Part shown: positions 1 through 9,417 of the stretch, one piece after another
Layout: each line of letters opens with the position of its first letter
How positions within the stretch are numbered: the stretch's first letter is position 1
Assembly: GCA_003614675.1 (NCBI GenBank)
Contig: ML002334.1
Coordinates: 1-40,864, forward strand
Length of the DNA stretch: 40,864 bases
Reading direction: 5' to 3'
Source: Dimargaris cristalligena
Lineage: Eukaryota
Program-made: the position numbers and the translations under genes
Notes under the pieces: model-generated
Told to the model about the DNA's origin: nothing
The model's database searches: none
Seen by the model: the letters and a program-made list of their open reading frames with translations, nothing else

Positions 1-119
1 CAGGGGCAGGGGCAGGGGCTCATTCACTCGTCAGGGGCGTCCTTCCGATAAGTGCAAAAAATGGATTAAAAATAAAAGTAAGTAAAAAATGTGGTAAGTT
101 CACCACACCCATTATTATC

Positions 120-967
120 TGTCACCCAGGTTAACTACTCTTAGTACATCAAAAGTCCTGAGGATAGGCTTTTAATGGTAGGCAGGGCTTAGGCTTGGCC
201 AAATAGGCTGCTAGCATCAGGTATGGGGCACAATACTAACTAATAAAAGCTAAGTAGTAAGGATATGTAAAGGTAGTGTAGTAGGTACACTTACTAGTTA
301 GTACAAGGGGGGGTAAGTATATATAGAGTTTATTAGGGGTAAACTAGGGGTAAGAATAAGCTAAGGAATCTAGCTGGTCCCAATGGGGCCCAGTTTTATA
401 TATGCAGGGACAACTCCATAGGAAGGTCCTAAGGAAAGGACACTACTAAGACTAAGGTATAAGTAAATAAGCTGACTAGACAGCTACTAGTATCTGGAAG
501 ACTCTAATGGTAACTGGAAGAGTCTTTGGATTAGTACTTAAGTAATTAGTGAGAAGAGATAGAGTCTGTTGGAAATTAATTTCTCCTGCCCCTCTGAATT
601 CTTTACTCTGATTGGTCTGTCCTAATACCTGGGACTATTCTCTATCTATGAATATATCATCCTATACTCAGAACAAAGTTTATCATCATTACTGCTATTT
701 CCAACTCAATAAAACCAACTATGTGCATCTAGCTTTGCCCCTTGTAGTTCTTTCTCTCTTCTTTAAATCTTTATAGTTGCATTTGAAGGTACTTACATTT
801 ACCATCATATTTATATTTCTAATAGAGTCCAGAAGGGGAAGGGTTATATGATAAGGGATGATCCCATAATACCAGGGATGACTATGGGAAGGCTAATATG
901 ATACTATAAGGCCTAATATGGCTGGACATTAAGCCAGCTGGATTAAGGTGGATTAGATAGTCCAACA
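120..967 (-). mobile_element. Degenerate LTR (family A, about 590 bp net) interrupted by a nested solo LTR at 567-824
   Basis: Begins TGTCAC (120) and ends CCAACA (967). Excluding the insert it aligns with the reverse complement of 38454-39036, and 301-967 aligns directly with 39037-39441. No clear TSD. CpG-free. Confidence 0.75.
567..824 (+). mobile_element. Solo LTR (family B, Ty1/copia-like termini), heavily C>T mutated
   Basis: TGTTGGAAAT start and decayed end ATTTCTAATA (from ATTTCCAACA). Perfect 5-bp TSD GAGTC at 562-566 and 825-829. Internal AATAAA. Homologous to the reverse complement of 1531-1789. The empty site is visible in the family A copy near 39295. Confidence 0.9.
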
Positions 968-1530
968 GTGTTTATATTTTATCTTATACCTTCCCTGTTA
1001 TTTAAAGTCTGGTCAATAGCTACTGCATTCATCTAAGCATAGTAATATTTAGTCAGCCTTTCACAGTCTTTCTCCATAAATCAAATGCAACTGATTTATA
1101 CATTTTATACACATTGTTTTTAGAATATATGAATTACTTGATTCAGCCCTTTGAACCCTAATGATGAAGTCATTATATTCAAATAATGTATATGCTAACC
1201 TTCAAAGTACAATTAACTAACTGAATTTGTAATCAAAAATAGATATGATATAATACTGCTTAGCCATCTATGCTTGTATAATGACATTTATATCCTGACC
1301 TGCAAAGTGAGTAGTGGAAGGTTTATATATCCATAGTAACACCTGAAGCCTTCATGTATATTAGACCTCAGCATGCATAATTTACACCACTGGGCTTCAT
1401 ATCCATATAGATTTTCTGTTTCCAGTAGTCTATAGTATGGGAAGTCCACAACCCAAGTCATCTAATTGATACCCAATGCACACTGCCCTACCCACTCCAA
1501 AGAAAATATAAAGGTTAGCCGAGCACAGAC

Positions 1531-1789
1531 TGTTGGAAATATGGATTTGATAGTAAATGCAAGTACCTTCGAATACAACTGAAATGTTTTAAAGAAGAGA
1601 GAAAGAAGCGCAAGGGGCAAGGCTAGATGCCCGCGGTAGGTTTTATTGAGTTGGAATTAGTAGTAATAATGACTAGGACGAAGTCCCGGGTATAGAATGA
1701 TATAGTAAAGATTAGAATATAGTCCCGAGTATAGGACGAGCCAATCAGAGTAAAGGAATTGGTGGGACGGGGGAAATGAATTTCCAACA
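1531..1789 (-). mobile_element. Solo LTR (family B), well preserved
   Basis: 10-bp terminal inverted repeat TGTTGGAAAT...ATTTCCAACA. Perfect 5-bp TSD CAGAC at 1526-1530 and 1790-1794. 259 bp long and retains its CpGs. Confidence 0.92.
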
Positions 1790-2096
1790 CAGACATCATT
1801 ACATTGGGGCCTTAAAATAACACCAATTTAATTTCTAATCGTAATGTTTACAGTGTTGCATCACACGGGTTAATATATTTAAAAGTGTCAAATATTGAAA
1901 TGAATGTATCATTATAAGGATACCGAGGGATCAGGCGTGTCTAAGTGTTAGCCATCACTGAGATTACCTAATCCAACGACCAGAAAAATGAAAAGCAAAA
2001 GATGTCAATGAAATTACATATGTATACCAACAGATAGTGCAATATAACCTAAACTATTTTTTTTAAAAAACTATCCAGAATAAGATGAGCAAGGTA

Positions 2097-2462
2097 CTAA
2101 TCCTCCACAAATCGGTATCGGAGGCGAGCCTTCTGGTGATCTGGTACTACACAAAACTTCCTACATAAATCACAATAGTTGGCTATAGGGCAGGTTTTTT
2201 CGTGAATGAGTAGCCCTCGCGCAGTGCCAAATGCACCGTTACAGCCTCTGCACCTATACTGTAAATTGGATACTTTGCAGTCCCTTTGGTGTTCAACGAG
2301 AACATGGTGACGATAGAATTGACGACTACAAGTGGGACACTTGAATTGAGATATCTCTCTCTTCTGCTCACTGGAATTATCACGAGTTTCGTCGCCGTTG
2401 CTGGTATTTTCGTTCGATTCAATTAAGTAATCGATACCATGTCTAGCGTCCCGGTCACCCAT
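2097..2462 (-). CDS. Small C2HC/C2H2-like zinc-finger protein (121 aa)
   Basis: Two fingers, FKCPTCSRQFYRHHVLVEHQRDC and YRCRGCNGAFGTARGLLIHEKTC, plus a partial YCDLC motif. TATTTATAA box about 120 bp upstream on the minus strand, followed by a pyrimidine-rich leader. Confidence 0.65.
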   Translation of the reverse strand: MGDRDARHGIDYLIESNENTSNGDETRDNSSEQKREISQFKCPTCSRQFYRHHVLVEHQRDCKVSNLQYRCRGCNGAFGTARGLLIHEKTCPIANYCDLCRKFCVVPDHQKARLRYRFVED

Positions 2463-2849
2463 GATCGATTTGAGTGTACAGAGTAAATAGTGGGGTTGGA
2501 TATACAGGGTCTGAAATGAGATTAGAGGTATGGAGTTAAAAGTGTGATGGCTTAGCAGCGGGCGGCCAGCACTTGGGTTATAAATACTCCATTAATACTA
2601 GCAGAGTAACTAACAACAGTTAATTTTCCAAAGAAAATGGCTGGATGGGGTAAATGAAGAGGCACTCAGGGCTGGCGGCCTGGTTTTCGATTCCATGTTA
2701 CTGGCGACATCTCTGTTCTAAAAAGTATAATATTTATGCGTAAGAATTCAATAATAGACCAATGAACGGCATCAAAGATATGCCTGCGGACTACTAATGA
2801 AGTGGGCTTCTCTTTGAAAAACGTATAATGGATTAGGATTGATGGCATG

Positions 2850-3503
2850 CTTAATAACCAAGGAAATGCAACCCAACCCATCTTTGGGATCTATGAGCAA
2901 CCGTCACCTAGTCTCAGTGAGGCGCAGGAATTTAAACGCGTAAAGAATTGGCATCTTTTGACCATTCCCATTCATATGCTCTGCTAGCCTCGTTCAATTG
3001 TATGTCTCTATAATTTGCTATTTCTATATTATGTCTTCTAGCAGCGATTCCCAGCATACTCTTTGTTGGCCCTAAATTTATATCCTTGGTATGATTGGGT
3101 ATACAAAACTGGGCTCGTTCTTAGAGGTGTCCATTTGTTAAATAGTTATAGCAAGGCATTTTTGTGCAAGTTAGCCGATCCCCCTATTTGGCATCTGCCA
3201 CTATTTATATCAATAAAGGGCCCTTTGTAATCCTATTTTGAAAAGCCTCGGTTTACTCTTCCCAGGCGTAGGGTGGCTGACATCTGCAAGGATTATGCCC
3301 CGCCACAACCAGGAGGGCTTCTTTTATTGTTGGCCTAGATGCAAAGAAAGCAATATTATTCAGTCTAGCAATATACCATTCCAGGAAATATTATTATCGC
3401 TCAGTAGTAGTTGGTCTTTCAGAGAAACTGTCAAAAAATGTAAAGCTATATTGATGAGATGCACATGGTCGCAGTAGTATGCCACACATAATCCACTAAG
3501 AGG
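2850..3503 (-). pseudogene. Decayed ORF / dispersed repeat X, copy 1 (probably TE-derived, family not identified)
   Basis: Homologous to 40083-40730 in inverted orientation. Residual conserved peptides: IILADVSHPTPG vs IILADVSNPTPG; CYNYLTNGHL*ERAQFCIPNHTKDI vs YYNYLTVGYL*E*ARLCIPEQTKDI; KFLRLTET vs EFLRLIKT. Contains stops and frameshifts and is truncated by the LTR at 3507. Confidence 0.6.
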
Positions 3504-3506
3504 ATG

Positions 3507-3983
3507 TGTTAATGCCGGGTCGACTACGGCACCTGACATTGGCCAGGCAGATTATAGTGATGGGCATATGTCTAGGGTGGAGCCACCCATAACTGGACAG
3601 GGCCCCTGTGGAGGAGAACCTGGCGCCGTTGCCGGGGCCAATCTTGTAATAACTACGGTAAACTCGCCATCGGTCTCTAACACTCATGCCCCCAAAAACA
3701 ACATTCTAAACGCCATCGATAAGATTAAACCAGGGCGAAGACTCCAACTAGGATAACAGGCGCATCTGCTGCTGCACCATTCTGACTTAACTCCTCAATC
3801 TTCCAATATAACAGGCAGGATGTACTCGGCGATGTAATGTCCCTCAGATGCCTATTACTCCTACTCGCTCATTAAATATTTATTTGCTAATACCCGTCTT
3901 TAACATTTTCTACCTCGAGCTTGTTAATAAATTTATTTATCAATTATTGCATCTATATACGCTCACCAATTCGCTCATTAACA
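3507..3983 (+). mobile_element. LTR (family C)
   Basis: Terminal inverted repeat TGTTAATG...CATTAACA. TATA-like motif near 3805 and AATAAA near 3926. Homologous to the reverse complement of 4241-4585, with an extra internal segment of about 130 bp. No TSD match. Confidence 0.8.
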
Positions 3984-4240
3984 TTCCCTAAAGCCCTCTT
4001 CGATCAAGATCAGGAACTTCAAGTGCCAACATTGGCGAGAAGGGATTTGAATTGCTGGGTAGTCCTGCCTTCGATGCACTAGGCCTAGGAATCTACAAGA
4101 CGGCCCTGACTTCCTTCACAGGAGGTTGAGACTTCCCAATGGAGGCATACCGGATAACGGGTATGGGTATGTTCGAGAACCCAGACTGGCCGGTTTAACG
4201 GGCACTGAAACTAATGGTAGACGATGGATTGGGCCGTAGA

Positions 4241-4585
4241 TGATGATGCCTAGCGAATTGGTGAGCAAACTTAGATGTTATAATTAGTAGATAGATTTAT
4301 TAATCGGTTGAGACATGAAATGATAAATGAGGATACTAGCGAATGCATGTATTAATGAGCGAGTGGAAGCAATAGTCATCTGAGGGGCTCTACCACGCCG
4401 AGTTATTCCTTCCTTTTTATATTGGAGAATTTAGAGGTCTAAGTCGGAATGGTGTGGCCGCAGTAACATCAGGTTCTCCTCCATGGGGATTGTGTTCGAC
4501 TGGAGGTGGCTCCACCCTGGCTGTATGCCCGTCACCGTGAACTACTTGGCCGATGCCCTGTGTCGCAGTCAATTCGGCATTAACA
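4241..4585 (-). mobile_element. LTR (family C), inverted second copy
   Basis: The minus strand begins TGTTAATGCCG at 4585. It shares AGGGTGGAGCCACC, GGAGGAGAACCTG, CCCTCAGATG, ACTCGCTCATTAA and GCTCACCAATTCGCT with 3507-3983. The far end has decayed to CATCATCA. Confidence 0.75.
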
Positions 4586-5227
4586 ATAACAAGCAATTTC
4601 AATTGCTGAAGTACTAAGAAATACCAACCAAACTGCTATCAGATTATTAGGAACAATAATACTCTCATGATGCCAACTTCTGTGAATACACATCTGTTGT
4701 ATTTCCATTACAGGATTTCAACGTTTTTACATAAGTATTTGTATGATATATAAAAGCCAACTGTGTCGTAAAATAGATACAAAAGGGGTAAAAGGTGATT
4801 GTAAACGATAAATGAATTCACTAGAAATACATCAACAATAAACGGAATTTCAGGTATTAGTATTAGTGTTGAAAGGATGAAAGTCGTAAGAATAGGTGCT
4901 GATTAGCAATATAAAACAAGCTAAACATCGGATTGATTATGGGCGGGACTTGGTATCAACCACTGCTAATTAATCGTGAAATGTCAGACAGGACTACATA
5001 TTCACTCCTATATTGCTGTATTAATATAAATCCCCAGTAGTTTTCTTGTACTTTTATTATGAAATCCATTGTTAAAATGCCAAGTTCAATAACTTTTTTA
5101 TTTTTTGGGCTGCTAGCTACGATAAGTGCTACTTGTAAATGAGCTGTTGTCAAAGTAAAATACTTGGAGATGTCCTGAAAATGAATGACTTCAAGTGTCA
5201 GTTTAAGTTGTCAAGTGTCGCGCATGG

Positions 5228-6598
5228 TTACTTCCGGGTGTGCATTCTCATATGTGATGTGAGACTAATAGATTGTGCGTATGATGCATGGCAGATTGTG
5301 CAGTTATACGGCTTCTCCCCGGTGTGTGTTCGCATATGCACTTTGCAATTACTAGATTGGGAAAATGATTTAGAGCAAACTATGCAGGTAAATGGTTTTA
5401 CCCCGGTATGTGTTCGCAAATGTTCTGAGAGATGACTAGATTGTGAAAATGATGAAGGGCAAAAAGTACAGGCAAAAGGCCTATCCCCGGTGTGTGATCG
5501 GAAATGTACTGCGAGATGACTAGATTGTGAAAATGATAAAGGACAATTGTCGCAATTAAAGTTCTCCCCGGTGTGTGATCGCATATGTGCCTTGAGATTA
5601 TAAGCATTTGAAAAGGATTTCTTGCAAATCTCGCAAGGTATACAATTCTCACCAGTGTGTGATTGCATATGTGCCTTGAGATTATAAGCATTTGAAATTA
5701 TCTTGTTACAAATCTGGCAAGGAACACGCATCTCCCCGGTGTGCGTTTTCATGTGATGTTCGAGATTAAACCTGTTTGAAAGTAATTTGTTACAAATCTC
5801 GCAAGATATAAGATTCTCCCCGGTGTGTATTTGCATATGTTGCCTGAGGTTACCACTACTTGAAAGTGATTTCTTGCAGATGGCACATATATTAGTCTTT
5901 GTTTTGATTGGAGATGTTGAATGGGTTCTGGGTCGCTTCTGGTCCGTTGACGAGTGTTCATCCTGATCACTGATAGACGGTTTCCTTCTGTTGGGTAATA
6001 CTGGGGGATTGTCATTGCAGACGGAACCCGCAGACTCGGGTTGTTTGCGACGATGACCACCGGAATCCAAATCAATCGCTGAATGTATCGGCCGCGGGAC
6101 AAAACTGTCCCTGGATGCCAATTCACTTGCAACAGCGGGATTCCGACCCATACCAGACAGGTTCTCGGCCAGGGTTGGGTCTGAAGTGACATAGCCTCTC
6201 CCGCTATCGGCGTTGGTTGTATCATCTATACCGCCCTCTGAGTGGGGAATATATATTTCCGACACAAGTTGATTGCCGAGATAGTTTGCGTCGAGGGAAT
6301 CTTCGATTTGGAGGAGTTCCGTGACGGCCCTGTCACCCATGGTCACTTCGAGCTGGTGAATTAATTTATCCAACCCATCCGTGCTTAACTGGCCTATTTG
6401 ATCGATGGTCTCGGATAACGGCGGATCCATGGTGCAGGGTTTTGGGGTTTCCCTAGTGACTGCGTCGTCGGAAATAAAATGAGGTACATGGGCTAAAAAA
6501 GTAGTACCCTCATAGTCAAACTCGGGGTTGTATTCGCTAGAGGTACATGCTAGGGGGAGAAATGCCGTAACAAGGCCGGCCGTTTTGAACATACGCAT
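5228..6598 (-). CDS. Intronless C2H2 (Kruppel-type) zinc-finger protein with 8 tandem fingers and a signal-peptide-like N-terminus (456 aa from the ATG at 6598)
   Basis: Eight CxxC-x12-HxxxH units with TGEKP-like linkers (TGENLI, TGEMRV, TGENCI, TGENF, TGDRPF, TGVKPF, TGEKPY). The ORF-track start at 6688 is a TTG; the first ATG is at 6598 (MRMFKTAGLVTAFLPLACTSS). TATA-like CTATATAG near 6710. Confidence 0.9.
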   Translation of the reverse strand: MRMFKTAGLVTAFLPLACTSSEYNPEFDYEGTTFLAHVPHFISDDAVTRETPKPCTMDPPLSETIDQIGQLSTDGLDKLIHQLEVTMGDRAVTELLQIEDSLDANYLGNQLVSEIYIPHSEGGIDDTTNADSGRGYVTSDPTLAENLSGMGRNPAVASELASRDSFVPRPIHSAIDLDSGGHRRKQPESAGSVCNDNPPVLPNRRKPSISDQDEHSSTDQKRPRTHSTSPIKTKTNICAICKKSLSSSGNLRQHMQIHTGENLISCEICNKLLSNRFNLEHHMKTHTGEMRVPCQICNKIISNAYNLKAHMQSHTGENCIPCEICKKSFSNAYNLKAHMRSHTGENFNCDNCPLSFSQSSHLAVHFRSHTGDRPFACTFCPSSFSQSSHLSEHLRTHTGVKPFTCIVCSKSFSQSSNCKVHMRTHTGEKPYNCTICHASYAQSISLTSHMRMHTRK

Positions 6599-6951
6599 TG
6601 TAAAACAGCTGCTTAAGAGCAATCGATTAAAGTAAAGAGTGAAGAGGTATTGGTTAAGACAGAACCGACTCAAATGGCCAGATAGCAACTAAAATACGCA
6701 ATAATACTATATAGCCGTCTATAAGTGTACGCTGCCAATTTAGTATAAAAAATAATAATGCAAACATGACAATACTCAACGGTAGGTGCGTTGGGGGGAG
6801 CGTGCTATGGCAAACAATAGGAGGGATCAATGTTTATATATATATATATATAAATGGTTTATATGGAGATTTGAATAAGACGGACACTAGCCAGGCATCA
6901 ATACCGGAAGGTTCCACGGTGTTACATCTTGTGCCATTAAATAACCCAATA

Positions 6952-7338
6952 TATTGACGCTTAAGTTGCAACCGCCAGGTGAGGCGGAACACCCAACTAT
7001 AGAGCGACTAGGACATCCGGCCAATGAAATCGTCCAACCCGTCCCTCCCCTTACATCCACCTCCACCGGGCAAGTGGTGAACAGCAGCCGCCCAAGCCAG
7101 TAGACAACCAACCGAGTAGTATATAACGAATAGACACAGCATAATCTTGACTCCTTAAGTTTCGATTTAATAATCAATAAATAACTCTTTAAAACTTTTC
7201 CCGCCCAACTCGGCACCTTGTTATTTTGTCAAATCCTTCCTTCTTTGGAAACTCGGTTAATCCATAGGTCCCACTCGACCCAAACCGTTACAAAGTCTAT
7301 ACCATGTCTACATTGTTCAACAATGCTGGTATAAGCGC
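6952..7338 (+). mobile_element. Probable LTR with a downstream primer-binding-site-like motif
   Basis: Starts TATTGA (decayed TGTTGA) and ends TCAACA at 7322. TATATAA near 7120 and AATAAA near 7176. TGGTATAAGCGC at 7327-7338 matches the canonical tRNA-iMet PBS TGGTATCAGAGC at 10 of 12 positions. No second copy in the window. Confidence 0.45.
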
Positions 7339-7656
7339 AGATTCGTTGGAAAATGAATGGGGGCAGACTCTGTTGGCATAATACAGGTGTTCTCTCTAAA
7401 GCATATTTCGGCTATGGCCATGGAAAGACCTGGGTCAACATTGGAAGGGGGATTCCACCCAAGTGGCACATGTATCCCGAATGTAGAATACACGGCTATA
7501 AAGCAGTCGATAACGAAAACAAAAAAACAAGGTGGGAATGGTTTAATCTAGCTGTGCAGTGAAAAGTCTCGCTGGTAAGTCGTGTTATTTAAAATACTAT
7601 GCAGCTGCGCTGGATCCCAACCATATACATTTTAAAAGGACAAGAAATGGATGTTA

Positions 7657-7936
7657 TGTTAGAAATATAGCGGATTTGATTATTGAAATCATACAAGGGC
7701 GCGTAACCTATTAGATTTAGAAATCAAGGGGTGAATACGGGGAATTCTTGATGTTAATTAAAATAATAATAAAAGAGAGGCGGAACCTCAGGTGGCACTA
7801 GTAAATGTCCCAAGTGAGCTTTATTGAATTTGATACGATAAATAATCAACCGATATGGGTGAAATTCAGCCCGGCTGTATCAGATTTTGAATTATATGTA
7901 TGGGAAAATGGAAGGGGGATTCATTTTTAACCAACA
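7657..7936 (-). mobile_element. Probable solo LTR related to family B
   Basis: TGTTAGAAATATAGCGGATTTGAT resembles the 1531 end TGTTGGAAATATGGATTTGAT. Ends CCAACA. Minus-strand AATAAA near 7820 and a similar length. No TSD. Confidence 0.45.
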
Positions 7937-8784
7937 CTATTTGCATCATCCAACGGATTCTTCGTTCGACTATCTATGTTTTTGGTTTAGATATTGAAAC
8001 TCTAGGCAACTGGGGGATTAAAGCCAGAGGCCGATCACCTGGAGTATAGTACTCTCACAAGACCTGTCTTTTATTTACGATACCGAATTACTGGGCGTGA
8101 CAATAGCCGGGATTAACATCCGCCTAGGCTAATGGCAGTATAAGTTAACAGTCGGTGCTTGGTAAAGGAAAGTGCTTGATTTGGGCCACTCAACTGCCTG
8201 CTGTACATCATAGGGAAGGTGTGTTTAAAGGCGCCGACGTTTTTTGGAATGTACTTAGCAGTGAATATTAACATACGAGATGTACTTACTGCACACTACT
8301 GAGATACTCCAAATGGACATAGTGTCATCAATAGAGATGGTCGTCGTGTGTGGCGGTCCCATGGGATATAACAAGTGACTGGCTGACCAACCGATCTAGC
8401 CCTCCTGGAATGATTAAGCCTGTAAGGCATAATAATAGGGCTCAGTGGGCTGGCGGGAGGGCGCCAAGACTGTGTGAAAGGCGCCGCGATAGAACGTGCC
8501 ACACGGTCTATTAACAAGAAACCTTCTAATACCACCACCACCCTTTCCTTTTATATGTATGTTTCTGCCAGTAATTGCCTTCCCAATTGAATTGTATTGC
8601 ACATTCTTTGACCTCCCTTGTATGCTTCCCCTGAGACCAGCTAAACTAGCTTAGCCAGTCACCGGCTTCCTAAAGTTTCTACCGACCCCCTCCTCCTACT
8701 TCTTACTTCCACAACGCGCCCACCCTTTCTTCATAACCGTGTACATTCCCCTCCCCTCTCCGAGTGCATTTACCACACACCACC

Positions 8785-9417
8785 ATGGTGAAGACCTCCA
8801 CTGACCAGGGATTTCCCGACTACTACGCCGTCCTGGGCGTCTCCCCCACCGCCTCTGAAGAGGACATTCGCAAGGCCTACATGAAAGAAGCCCTGCGCAC
8901 CCACCCGGACCGCAGCGAAGACCCCAAGGCCACCCAGCTGTTCCAACAGGTCGCCGACGCCTATTTCGTCCTAAGCGACCGCCAACGACGGAAAGACTAC
9001 GACCGCGCCCGCTCTAGCCGGAGCCAGCGTTCCGATTGGCAGCGCCGCCATCCCGCGGCCAGTCACCCCTTCGACAGCAATAGTAGTAGCGGCAGTGGTG
9101 GCCTGGCCGGTGGGGACGGCGAGGCAGACGCCGAGTCCACCTTTTATTCGGTGTTTGAGGATCTCCTGCGACCCGAAGTCGAAAACCCCCGGAGTTTCTG
9201 GGGTCCGGTGGGCTACGCCGCCGGGGGCGTTTTGGGTTTTATCGTGGCGAACTTACCCGGGGCGATGGTGGGCGCCTTCGCCGGGGGTAAACTAGGCACC
9301 ATTCGGGATAGGAAGGGCAAGGCCGTCTACGAGGTGTTCAATGGGCTGGAACGGACCCACAAGTATGCTATTCTGCAGGCCCTTTTGGTCCAAATGCTCG
9401 CCGGTAAATATAAATAA
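8785..9417 (+). CDS. DnaJ/J-domain protein (type III) with a C-terminal glycine-rich hydrophobic segment
   Basis: DYYAVLGVSPTASEEDIRKAYMKEALRTHPDR (HPD motif) ... FQQVADAYFVLSD. ATG in a CACCATGG context after a CT-rich leader. Intronless. Confidence 0.93.
   Translation: MVKTSTDQGFPDYYAVLGVSPTASEEDIRKAYMKEALRTHPDRSEDPKATQLFQQVADAYFVLSDRQRRKDYDRARSSRSQRSDWQRRHPAASHPFDSNSSSGSGGLAGGDGEADAESTFYSVFEDLLRPEVENPRSFWGPVGYAAGGVLGFIVANLPGAMVGAFAGGKLGTIRDRKGKAVYEVFNGLERTHKYAILQALLVQMLAGKYK

Noticed and set aside
5230..5890. Regularly spaced 84-bp repeats as a CRISPR-like array
   Set aside because: They are the coding repeats of C2H2 fingers in a eukaryotic gene.
5228..6598. TFIIIA, given the 5S gene in the window
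   Set aside because: TFIIIA has about 9 fingers starting near the N-terminus, many with CX4C spacing. This protein has 8 C-terminal CX2C fingers derived from recent duplications.
8347..8505. GTGTGGC...GCCACAC inverted ends as a MITE, mini-LTR or SRP RNA
   Set aside because: Only 7-8 bp, with no TSD, no second copy and no SRP helix-8 motif.
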